Assembly: GCA_900617105.1 (NCBI GenBank)
Contig: UYFQ01000626.1
Coordinates: 1 to 42,579 of the forward strand
From: Hydrurus foetidus
Lineage: Eukaryota
DNA: 42,579 nt
Direction: 5' to 3'
Part shown: piece after piece, positions 1 to 11,101 of the stretch
How positions within the stretch are numbered: the first letter of the stretch is position 1
Layout: the number at the start of each line of letters is the position of its first letter
Program-made: the position numbers and the translations under genes
The notes under the pieces: model-generated
Seen by the model: only the letters and a program-made list of their open reading frames with translations
The model's database searches: none
Told to the model about the DNA's origin: nothing

Positions 1-1
1 T

Positions 2-3000
2 AACGACCGGTCCAACCGCGACAACGACCGCAAAGACAATCGCGACACCGATCGCAACGAAAACCGCGATACTCGCGACATCAAAGACCGCGGGTACAAA
101 GGAAAAAGTGAGTCCAAAATTCCGTATGCGGAAAATATCTCAGAAAATCGTATTTTGCCAAACATGCAAATGCTTTTATCAACAATCCTACCTAACGAGA
201 TTGATGATTACTTACAAGTAACAATATATCTTCCTCAGACCCAATCCCCGGCTACCGCTTTGGCGACCGAGTTGACAGCCGCGACCGCGACTCCAACCGC
301 AAAGACGACTCGCGCCAAGCGGAAAAAGACAAAGACAAAGATCGCCGCGATCGAGACCGGTCCCCACCCAAATCTTCCTCCAGCTATGGACCAAAATAGC
401 GGCATGGCCGCCCTAGCCCAAATCGACACCGGATGTCAAGTTGGGGACGTAATCAATCGTAGAGTCCTTCGGGGCCTACGTGGTGAACCCCAACTCCGCA
501 CCACCGACTCTCCCATATGGATGTGTTCGGGTCTAAATAATCAATGTATTGAATCCACTGCTGTCCTTGATATTGTTGTATCATTTAACAAAAACGGTTT
601 AAAATACACTTTTTCTCTTCCGGTGCGAATTGCAGAAGATTCCAAAGTCGACCTAATCTTAGGATTAGAGACTATAAAAAAACTAAATTTGGTTAAAATT
701 ATTCCGGAATTCTTCCAATCTCCGGAAAATATCCAAAATGAAAAAATTCACTCATTACAAAAACTGAATCAATCCACAAACATGGTATTAAACCACGTGG
801 ATGTTCCACTCATGCTAGAAGCAGAGTCGGACACAGTTACGAGTATTACAAGTCCAACCTTACCTCCGGTTATAACTAGCCGAGAGGGGATAAAACCCTC
901 AGACACAGACAGTCGATGGCAAGACGACCTGGTGGCTCGAGGTGCTTGTACAAGCAAGACATGCACTCCTTCATGTGGGTGTCCCACTAGCTTAGCTGCG
1001 GCAGCGGCTAGGCTAGATTCTGATGAGTTCATTTTGCACTCTACGGTCGAGGCAGCAGTTTTGTTGTCACCTCCCCGACAAAATGATTTAGGTGTAACAA
1101 CCGACAGGAGTCCGGAATTAGCTACTCCTACTCCCTCATCCAAGGCACCAGCCCAAACACGTGGTTTAGTTGCTGCTCTACTCCGGGAGCGTGAAGAACT
1201 CCCAGAGGTTCAACCCTTCGGACCCGAAGAGATTGACTACAAGTCGAAGGATACCTTCGCTCCTTTCCAAGACAATCCAACAGAGGACAAAATGTACCTC
1301 ATCGATCTTATACAAATCGATGGTACCCCTGAACAACAAGCTAAAATTAGAGCAATTTGTGTCAAACACATAAAGCTATTCAACAACAAACTCGGACCAG
1401 AGCCCGCGCGAATTCCCCCCTTTGGACTACCCGTACGGGATCCAGAGTGGAAAGTTTTCAAAAACCGCGTAGCACCACGACCAACGTCTACACGAAAACA
1501 AGTCGAAATCCGAAAACAAGTTGAAACTATGCTTGAACAGGGTATAATAGTCAAATCAGAGGCATCATACTATTCGCAAGTAACACTCGCGGCAAAGCCA
1601 GACGGTTCATACCGATTCTGTATAGACTATCGTCACCTCAACGACGCAACGGAATCAGCAAGCTGGCCAATCCCTAATATTAAACAAATGTTAGCGAGAT
1701 TAGGATCACAAAAAGCAGACACATTCGGTGTAATAGACCTCACAGCAGGATATCACCAAGCACCGTTAACTCTAAGTACACGTGTGTATACAGCTTTCAT
1801 AACATTTATGGGCATCTACCACTTTACCCGATTACCTTTCGGACCCAAAAGAGCCCCCTCATATTTCCAAGAAATGATGGCCTCAATAGTTCTTTTAGGA
1901 CTAATATACCAAATCTGTGAAGTATACCTCGACGACATCATCGTTTATGGTAATGGATTTGATCAATTCTGCGAGCGATTAGAAATACTTTTTCAACGCC
2001 TAGAAAACAAAAACATTTCACTAAAAGCCGCAAAGCTCAAGCTAAATGTGCGAATCGTTGAATATGTCGGTAGACAAATATCTAAAGAAGGTATAACTAT
2101 GAGTTCCAAAAAAATAAGAGGTGTGACCGACTTTCCTATGCCACGAAAGACGACTGAACTTAGATCGTTCCTCGGACTCACCAATTATTTTCGGGATCAT
2201 GTACCAAATCACTCCAACGTGGTAGCACCACTGCACAAAATCATAGATCACGCCGCGAAAAAGCAAACAATGCTAATCTGGACAGATGACGCCGCAAATT
2301 CTTTTCAAAAGATAAAAGATCTAATTGCAAAGAGTCCTTTATTATATTTCATACACGATACAGCGCCGATTACCCTCATGACCGATGCGTCAGATTACGG
2401 GATCGGCGGCTATTTGTATCAAGAAGTCGACGGAGAAAAACAACTCGTCGCTCTCGTAAGCAAGTCTCTTACCAAGACTCAACTGAAATGGTCAGTGATA
2501 CAAAAAGAAGCCTTCGCGCTATATTATTGCTGTACTTATCTCGACGCACTGCTGCGAGACCGTAAATTCACAATCCTAACAGACCACAAAAATCTTACGT
2601 TCCTAGAAAAGGATAAAAACGAGATGGTCGGCAGATGGCGTATGGCCCTGCAGGAACTAGAATATACGATAGGGTACATCCCGGGAAAACAAAATGAAAT
2701 TGCTGACGCAATGTCTCGCCTATGTAAAACAGAATGCCTCCTAAAACAGGAATAATAGCAGCAATTCTGACACACAAACCAATAACGACAGAGCAATATA
2801 ACCTAATTGCAACGTGCCACAACACAATAGTCGGACATGGTGGTGTACAACGCACACTGCGTAATTTAAAAAAACAAATAACATATGGCTGGGAATGCGT
2901 GACGCAGTAAAAACATTCATTAAAAATTGTCCGTGTTGCCAAAAGATGTCGGCAATGAAATATCCCATCAACGCATACCGGTACACAACCTCAACATACA

Positions 3001-4082
3001 AACCAATGGAATGCCTTAACATAGACTTCATTGGTCCATTTCCCGATAAAGGATATATCCTTGTTATGATCGACACCTTCTCAAGGTTTGTCGAACTCTA
3101 CGCAACACCTGATGCAACAGCCAAATCAGCGTGCACAGCACTTGTAGAACACGTGGGACGCTACGGCTCACCATGTATACTTCGATCAGATAATGGACCC
3201 CACTTCGCAAGCCACATCATAGATGAGTTTGTGAAGATTGTTGGAACAACACACAACAAAATATTACCATACTGTTCAGAAGAAAACGCTATCGTCGAGC
3301 GAATCAACAAAGAAATCAATCGCCATATAACCGCGTACGCATACGAACGCGCAACTACGGAAAACTACGCGGAAATATTACCGTTTGTACAAAGAATACT
3401 AAATTCAACCGTAAATGACCGGATGAAAGTGTCTCCAGCACAACTCATCTATGGCAACGCGATCGACCTCGACGCAAACATCCTCCTCCCGAGAGATGAA
3501 ATTGATTTAGATTTCGACTCACTCACACGGTCAACTGATAAAATGTTAACGTTGCAAGATGAACTCATCGAAATCACCGCACGTCTACTCAAAGAATCCG
3601 ACGACTTGCACAATGCACAACAACTTCCCAACGTCACACAGTTCGGAGTCGACACATTTGTACTTGTCCAACAAAGAACATCACCAGAAACGCGCATGCA
3701 CACACTGTGGCGCGGCCCAATGCGAGTTGTCAGCCACAACTTCGCAGAGTATACATTACTCGATCTGGTAACACACAAAGAAAAGTTGTACCACATGACC
3801 CAACTCAAACCGTTTCACTTTGATCCTACGCATGTCGATCCAACTGACATCGCTCGTAGAGATTATCTAGAATTCTTCATAGAGGAAATCCTAGAAATGA
3901 AAGGAAACATAAGAGCATACAAATCACTCACATTTCATGTGAAATGGCTCAACTACACCCATGAACACAACACATGGGAACCGTGGACACACATGCGTAA
4001 AGCGCAAAAAGTACATGAGTTCTTAATCAAAAAGAACCTCAAACACTTAATACCACGCGAATTCATCGCAAACTACCGTTAA
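2..4082 (+). CDS. pol: Gypsy Gag C-terminus plus Pol polyprotein (protease, RT, RNase H, integrase, chromodomain), two apparent single-base frameshifts
   Basis: Frame is open from position 2 (NDRSNRDNDRKD...) into ORF 155-2755: IDTG protease, YLDD RT, TDASDYGIGG RNase H. Bridging frame 2731-2875 carries CHNTIVGHGG. ORF 2895-4082 has CPCC, IDF/SDNG/IVER (DDE), WRGPM and chromodomain FFIEEIL..VKWLNY..NTWEP. Shifts at A-runs near 2725 and 2870. Confidence 0.93.
108..238 (+). other. Putative retainable intron at the gypsy gag/pol junction
   Basis: GTGAGT donor at 108, TCTTCCTCAG acceptor ending 238, CTAAC (192-196) and GTAAC (218-222) branch candidates; AT-rich between GC-rich flanks; 131 nt, stop-free in the pol frame. 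Confidence 0.7.
239..399 (+). CDS. gag: Putative terminal gag exon (Arg/Asp-rich tail) overlapping pol in another frame
   Basis: Spliced reading (N)PIPGYRFGDRVDSRDRDSNRKDDSRQAEKDKDKDRRDRDRSPPKSSSSYGPK-TAG continues the R/D/N-rich composition of the upstream Gag. Confidence 0.7.
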
Positions 4083-4274
4083 CCGGTAAAATAAAATAAA
4101 AATTGATTAACTAAATCATAAAGATTCCTCCTAAATTGGATCCTCAGGGATTTTAGGGAGGTTTATTCAGTAAGGAACTTTCAGTTCTCAGTCTGAAATA
4201 GTTATTCAATAAGTTAGTTACTTACTCATAGTTAGTATTTTGATGATGAATTTTGTCATTTAGTACACCCCTTT

Positions 4275-4287
4275 AGAGAGAGAGGGG
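4275..4287 (+). promoter_or_regulatory. Polypurine tract of the gypsy element
   Basis: AGAGAGAGAGGGG, 3 nt before TGTGAC at 4291. Confidence 0.85.
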
Positions 4288-4290
4288 CAC

Positions 4291-4495
4291 TGTGACCCGC
4301 ACACCCGTACGGGCTGTACGGGTACAGGCGTACGTTCGGACCGGATCGAGGACGATCCGATCCATCCGATTCATTGCCATGATACCTGCTGTGTTTACCT
4401 GTAAGCTAACCACATTGTTTCCATCGCAATAGCTCTCCCAGCTTCCTTTCCCTTACTCCCGCTCCCAGCCGTCCCGCTCCCAACGCCCAGATCCT
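4291..4495 (+). repeat. Start of the gypsy 3' LTR, interrupted
   Basis: Begins with TG just after the PPT; short hairpin ACCCGTAC/GTACGGGT (4303-4323); no matching GTCACA end seen before copia gag sequence starts. Confidence 0.65.
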
Positions 4496-4500
4496 GGCAA

Positions 4501-5318
4501 GGCCACACCGATGCAAATTTCATGGTATCAACAAAATGGAAGCGAGCATTGGAGCTATATGATAGAAATATACTTACTTTGAGAGAAGACCGAAAGCAAA
4601 TCTTCGGACTCATGCTAGGTCAGATTAGCGAAGCGTCGAAAGCGACGATTCGAGAAGCTGAAACGGGCCTTGCAGCCATGACTGCAGAGGACCCGCTTCT
4701 AATGTTGAGAGCTATAATCCTGACCCACCTCTCTGACCCGAGGTTGGGCGCCGATCAAAATCTATTGAGAGTCCGAATGGCTTACGAGACAGTCAAGATG
4801 GAGCAGAATGACGTGCTGAAGTACTACTATCAACGCTTTAAAGCGTTGAAATCCGGATACGAGGACACGATGCGGGCACTAGGGGTCATGCCCGAGTTCA
4901 ACGAGGCCATGACCGCACATAATGAACTTCTAACAGGGATGAAGTTCATGAACGGCCTGAACTCCGGTTACCGTCACTACGTAGAATACTACGAGCACGG
5001 ACTCAAGGATGGCCAGACACACTCGAGGATGCATACATCGAGATGGCTAAGGTCACTCCGAAGAAATCAGCAGCAGCAACACCACCCAACCAGACCAACG
5101 TTTTCGCCACGAAAACGGCTGGCGGTGAGAAAACTACTGATGCTGGTAAAGGGAAGGCTAGTGGGAACGGGGACAGAGGGAAGGGTGGGCGTACGTCGTA
5201 CGGCACCCGTCCCGGAAATTGCAATAAGTGCGGTGAAGCCGGACACTACTCCTATGAGTGTACGGCCAAGGATAGCCAAGCGGGTGCATCAGCACCCAGT
5301 GGAAAATCGGTAAACTAA
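4501..5318 (+). CDS. gag: Copia A Gag (partial), one apparent frameshift near 5008
   Basis: FGLMLGQISEAS aligns with copia B YGVILGQMSEAS; zinc knuckle CNKCGEAGHYSYEC in ORF 5043-5318. Confidence 0.88.
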
Positions 5319-8300
5319 GTAAGATACATTATTCCTCACCTGTACACTCACCCACACCTACACCTGTACATACACCTGCACTTACATCCACACACACACC
5401 TATACATACACTCACCGATCCTCCATGTTTGGCTGATTCCACTAGCGGAATTGAAACATGTGATCATATTGTTTTTAGTGCCAATACATGCAATATATAT
5501 AACATGATTAGAAGTAGACACATTCTGCTTGACACATGTGCTGGTGAGTCGGTTTTCAACGACTCATCCCTGCTGTATAATGTCGAACACGCACCCACAC
5601 CTATGATTGTTAGCGGGGTGAATCCGAAAGGAAAACCGCTGATAATCAAGAAACGTGGGGTGTCGGCGTTCGGCAACGTGTACTATAGCCCTGACTGTGC
5701 TGGTAACATATTGTCTTTTGGTAATGCTGTACGTGACTGTACTGATGTTAAGTACTTACATGACTATGATTGTTACATAGTGCAAGACGTCAGCGGAAAA
5801 TATTTTTATAGATTCTCACGAGATGAGGCTATGAATATATACCAATGTAATCTTGACACTATGGTAACAGAATGCATGCCAATGTTAGTTACGACAGTAG
5901 AGCAGAATAAAAAGAAGTATACAGTAAGAGAAGTCAGAGACGCGTCGTTAGCTAGAGACTATCAGCGTAGACTAGGATACGCTAGCGCAGCACAGACTAT
6001 TAAGTTGATATCCCAAGGGAATTTGACTAATAGCAAAGTGACTGCGCGAGACGTACATAGAGCCATTGATATATGGGGACCGGACGTGGGATCCCTTAAG
6101 GGGAAGACCACTAGTCACCAGGCCAAGTTAGAAGAGAAGTTACCATTGATAGGTATAGAGTACAAGACAGAACAAATCATGTACGTAGATATAATGTTCG
6201 TCAACCAGGTACCATATCTAGTATCAGTTGTTCAGCCCATCGAGTTCCTATACGTTAGCAAGTTAGCTAACCGAGAGCATAAGAGCATATGGAACAGCCT
6301 AAAGACTTCATTAGCAAGCATGGTAAAGTACAGATTCAGAGTTAAGATGATCCGAGTAGACGGCGAGGGTGCAATCAATACAGAATGGTTTCACAACAAA
6401 GTCGGCTTAAGAGGTATAGTACTAGACGTTACCGGAGCCGGAGAAGCCGTAGCCGTAGTCGAGCGTAAGATACGACACATAAAGGAGAGAGTAAGATCAG
6501 TAGTCAATTCTCTACCGTTCTCATTGAATGAGAAATTAGAAGTGTGGTTAGTTAAGTATGCAGTCAGTAGAATTGTATTAGCACCCACACGTAACTCACT
6601 TAATCACATCAGTCCACGAGAGAAATTAACTGGAAGAAAGTTAGACGTAGATAAGGAGATTAAACATGGTTTTGGTGATTATGTCCAAGTGCATAATGAT
6701 GTCATTGATAACTCTACCAAACCAAGAACAGCCGGGGCCATAGCACTTATGAGCTCCGGTAATCTAGAAGGTTCATGGTACTACATGCTGTTAGCTAACG
6801 AACGTATTGTAAAACGTACTAAAGCGACTGTACTACCTATGCCTGATGAAGTGATATTACACTTGAATGTATTAGCTTCAAAGAGAAAAACTGCCAATGT
6901 TAAACAGCCTGTATTTGAGAATAGTAGTCACATTGTATTCGATGATGATGACGATGTTGAAGATGATAGTGCTTACATTGGTGATGTTGAATATGAAACT
7001 GTCGATGAAAATGCTAACGCAGATTACACCGATGAGATTATTGAAGATAACGATCACAATGATAACGAAACACATCTTGAATCACAACTCGATATGTCTG
7101 ATGAAAATCACCCACCCACATTAGATGAGTATGTAGATGACACACTATATGTGAGTGACACTACATACGACAATGACGAACTATATTATGATGACACACA
7201 TGATGACACACATGTACCCCAACCTAAATATGATCAAGCACTGATAGATGACATATTTGGCATAAGTGATGATGAAGATGACTTTGCTGATGTAACTGTA
7301 CACACTGAAGTATTCACACCACCTGCCACCATAATTGAAACCGCATATGACCCACCCGTTGTAAACTCACCCGTGTTACGTAGAAGTGGTAGAAATCACC
7401 AACTTGGTAAATGGGATAAGAAATATGTTGGTAATCTGTTCTACAACCACACTCACCTGTACAAAATGACTGTTAATGAGGGAATTAATAAGTTAGGGGT
7501 GATAGCTGTTGATTCCATTACATCTGAATTGAAACAAATGTGTGATAAGAATGTTTGGGAAGGTGTAACTTACGAATCCCTCACCCCACAACAAAAACGC
7601 ACCATTATACCTAGTAGCATGTTCTTGAAAGAAAAGTATACTGCTGATGGTATGTTTGAAAAACTGAAATCTAGACTAGTAGCCGGTGGGCACTTACAAG
7701 ATAGAGATGTTTATAACAATGGCGCCTCACCTACTGCTAGCACATCTAGTGTATTCATGCTGACTGCAATTGCTGCTAGACAGAAGCGTGCTGTCGCCAC
7801 TGTTGACTTCCCCGGTGCATTCCTGAATAGTGATATGCCGCTGACCGGCGACCATGTTGTATACATGCGTCTGAATAAACAACTGACTGCTGCACTAATT
7901 AAGATTGATGCAACATATAACAAATACCTGAATAACAATGGAACATGTATTGTTAAACTTAAGAAAGCTTTATATGGATGCGTTGAATCTGCTAAACTAT
8001 GGTATGATAAGCTATCCAGTGATTTGATCAAATTCAATTATACTGCTAATGAATATGACATATGCGTATTCAACCGAACTGAATCGGATAACACACAAAC
8101 ATCACTCGTAATTCATGTTGATGATATGATAATTACTGCTTCAAGTGAATCTCGCGTTGATGATGTTATAAAACAAATTGAAACTATATATCCCGGTCTA
8201 ACCAAACACAGAGGAAAAGTTTTAAATTACATAGGCATGACTTTCGACTTCAGCAAGGAAAGCTGTGTTAAAATGACTATGGAAGGCTTCGTACAAGACC

Positions 8301-9186
8301 TCATTGAGGGGTGTAAGGATATGCCGGGCACGGCAAACACACCCGCACGAGCCAATCTATTCACTATACCTGATGAATCCGACTCACCCTTACCTGATAA
8401 TCTGCGTGAGCGTTTTCACTCTATTACAGCGAAGCTACTCTACCTGAGTAAGAGGACGAGGCCAGACATTCTGACTGCCGTAGCGTTCCTGACAAAGAGA
8501 GTGCTGAGGCCCCAAAGGGACGACTACGACAAGCTGACCCGTACGATACAGTACATACGGGGTAGTCAGCATACGGGTATAACATTTGAAGTATATGAAC
8601 CTATTCATGTTATTGCATATATCGATGCATCCTTTGCCATACATCCCGATATGAAAAGTCACACAGGCAGCGTAATCACCCTTGGGAAGGGAGCGATCTA
8701 CGCCAAGAGCGGTACTCAGCGCCTCATGACAAAGTCCAGCACGGAGGCCGAGCTAGTCGCACTCAGCGACTCCGCCAACCAAGTTCTGTGGACCAGGAAC
8801 TTCCTGGAGTGCCAGGGACACCCTCAACCTCCCGCCTTAGTGTATCAAGACAATCAGTCTACGATACAGCTCATACGTAACGGTCGCTCGAACAGCGAAC
8901 GTACGCGGCACGTTGATATACGGTATTTTTCCTGCACGACAGAATCAGTACAGGCGATGTAGACATTGTGTACCTACCTACTACTGACATGATTGCAGAC
9001 ATTCTAACCAAGCCACTGCAGGGTGAATTGTTCAAGAAGCTCAGGAAGGAGCTGCTCAACACTTCACCACCTACCCTCACGTACGCAGATGGATGCAAGA
9101 CTGAGGACCGTACGGACTCCGCACCGACACCCGTACGCACCAATTTCAACCCACGATTTCCATATTTTACGTCCAAGAAGAACTAA
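5309..9186 (+). CDS. pol: Copia A Pol (protease, integrase, RT, RNase H), apparent frameshift in the T-run near 8928
   Basis: LLDTCA protease; YVDIMF/RVDGE/VVERK integrase; KSRLVAGG, LKKALYG, IHVDD RT; YIDAS, STEAE, YQDN, MIADILTK RNase H; frame open back across the gag stop. Confidence 0.93.
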
Positions 9187-9265
9187 TACCCACCGACGAA
9201 GAATCCATCCGACATGCTACCCCCCTCCATCTTACCCTTCTACAACGCCGCTGTCCGCTTCAGCT

Positions 9266-9401
9266 GAAGACTGAACACTCAAGACCCCAAGACTCCGTCA
9301 TTCCTACTGCCCCCACATCCGACTCTACTACCCCATCAGCGCGCGTCATGACGAAGACTGACCACTCAAGACACCAAGACTCCATCATTCCTGCTGCCCC
9401 C
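9266..9401 (+). repeat. 49-bp direct repeat pair in the copia A 3' UTR
   Basis: 9266-9314 and 9353-9401, 4 mismatches, 87-bp period. Confidence 0.85.
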
Positions 9402-9814
9402 CTCCATCACTTTTCTTCTACCCCATCAAGTGCGACTCAAGAAAACCCTGACAGAGACATAAAGAGCGAGGACCGTGGACCCAGACCCAAGACCCGATTC
9501 CGGAATCAGATAGTATAACAAGTCAGAAAATTATTTTAAGTGTAATCTTTTGCGTGTTACATAAAGTCTTTTTAGAATTGTTTAACTCTATGCTCATTCG
9601 GATCAGTCAGACCTTATGATACTAATATTACCCTGCATGCAATAAATTATCTAACGTCACAATTAAGGTCAACCCCACCATTACCCTACTTCCCTACAAT
9701 ATAAAATCATGTTATGATACACCATTTGTGAAGCTTCAAGTAAACGGAGCATTTTTGAATTCTATTGCGTTTTCATTCGCGTACACCAACCCGACGACTC
9801 ACGCCATAGGCGTG

Positions 9815-10179
9815 TGTCGGAATAACTAATGAGCTAAGTAACCGTATAAGTTATTACGTATGTACATTTGATGACGTTTCGTACGTCGTGTGCCGTGTGG
9901 TGGTCGCTACTCCACCGGTCCAGGTTCCTTTAACCCAGGAACATCAAAAAGACGAAAGTGCAACATGTTTGACTGTGCGGGACAGCGCGATCTTTTCGCC
10001 TGTCTCCATGAACGATGTAAGCGATGTTGCATCGTTAATTACCTTAATACTCACACCAGCAGAGCTTTCGCCTTGAGCCCGGGAAAGTTGCTAGCGCACG
10101 TGTTGAACCTGCAGAAGGAGCGCGTACCCAGGAAGGATATAGTTTTCCATTCAGTGGAAACTGATCCTTAGTTACGACA
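9815..10179 (+). repeat. Copia A 3' LTR (365 bp)
   Basis: Starts TGTCGGAATAACTAA after CATAGGCGTG (compare CATGGGGGTG before the copia B 3' LTR); ends TTAGTTACGACA, giving TGTCG...CGACA inverted termini; no second copy available to confirm. Confidence 0.72.
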
Positions 10180-10338
10180 CAATTCACGGGAACGCTAAAA
10201 AGTTTCCCATATAATTTTCTGCCATAAAACATGCGGAAAAAGGGAAACTTTCCCATAAAAAGGGGTAGTTTAGGGTAAATTTCGGACCTTACCATAAAAT
10301 AATTATATCGGAAAACTTTTCAGCGTTCCCGTGAATTG
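10180..10338. mobile_element. MITE-like element with ~37-bp imperfect terminal inverted repeats
   Basis: CAATTCACGGGAACGCT...AGCGTTCCCGTGAATTG followed by TA; non-coding core. Confidence 0.75.
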
Positions 10339-10341
10339 TAG

Positions 10342-10440
10342 CCTAATTCCTACAATGTCGAAAGACCTTACACGGGTACTATTTCGTAAAAGTTACGCAA
10401 TAATACCCGTGTAAGGTTTTTCGACAGTGTAGGAATTAGG
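10342..10440. repeat. 99-bp near-perfect palindrome (foldback/MITE-like)
   Basis: 48-bp arms CCTAATTCCTACA...TGTAGGAATTAGG with 4 mismatches and a 3-nt loop. Confidence 0.88.
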
Positions 10441-11101
10441 GTCAAGGTCAAGGTCTACGAACTCATTATGGCGTAACCCCAGGTCAAGGATTCGTCACTG
10501 AGCCAAAATTCAGTCATCCGGTGAAGGTTACTCTGTGCTGATTGCTGCCATTGCTCCCGATATGCTAAGAATCAGTGTATTACTCAATCGCTGTGTGCAA
10601 CATATTATGAGATATTATGGTACATCGTGAGGTTTCAATAGTAGCATAAGTGCATACACAGTGATGAGTGCGGCATCCATGCGGATGGAATGGTCTTAAT
10701 CAGCGATGCCTCAATTAAAATTTTTGGTGCTCAGTAGTTTTGAGTTGATTTGTGGCCGATCAAAGTACAAGAATACGTATACTTCAGTGGATCCACCATG
10801 GGCTCTTCTCTATCTCTATGAGAACTTCTATCAGTGATTATTTTGTGACGTACTACATTCCTCTGCTTATTTGTGCAAGATTGAGGAGGTACATCGTTCT
10901 TAAGACTTACCACTCGTTCTAAAAGTTAGCTTGATATCAAGCTGTTTAACTCTTATCTTCATCCTCTGGAGACAAAATTACAAGATGTAAAATTAATTAT
11001 CACAAAACAATTGGAAATTAGACAGATATGTATAGATGTAAGAAATGCGCTCTGTGGTGATCATTGCTTTATCTCAAAAGAACTATCAGCATTGAGGCTG
11101 C

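Larger units (their letters stand above)
1..4495 (+). mobile_element. Ty3/gypsy chromovirus LTR retrotransposon (5' end outside window, 3' LTR apparently truncated)
   Basis: Domain order PR-RT-RH-IN-chromodomain; PPT at 4275-4287 followed by TG at 4291; right boundary approximate. Confidence 0.95.
4496..10179 (+). mobile_element. Ty1/copia LTR retrotransposon A, 5'-truncated (no 5' LTR, PBS or gag N-terminus)
   Basis: gag-PR-IN-RT-RH order, colinear with copia B; left boundary approximate. Confidence 0.93.

Noticed and set aside
155..157. TTG start of the 866-aa ORF
   Set aside because: Frame is open from position 2; the true start is outside the window
9890..10171. 93-aa Cys-rich ORF reminiscent of a transposase C-terminal Cys domain
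   Set aside because: Lies wholly inside the inferred copia A LTR, has a GTG start with a stop just upstream, and has no adjoining transposase sequence
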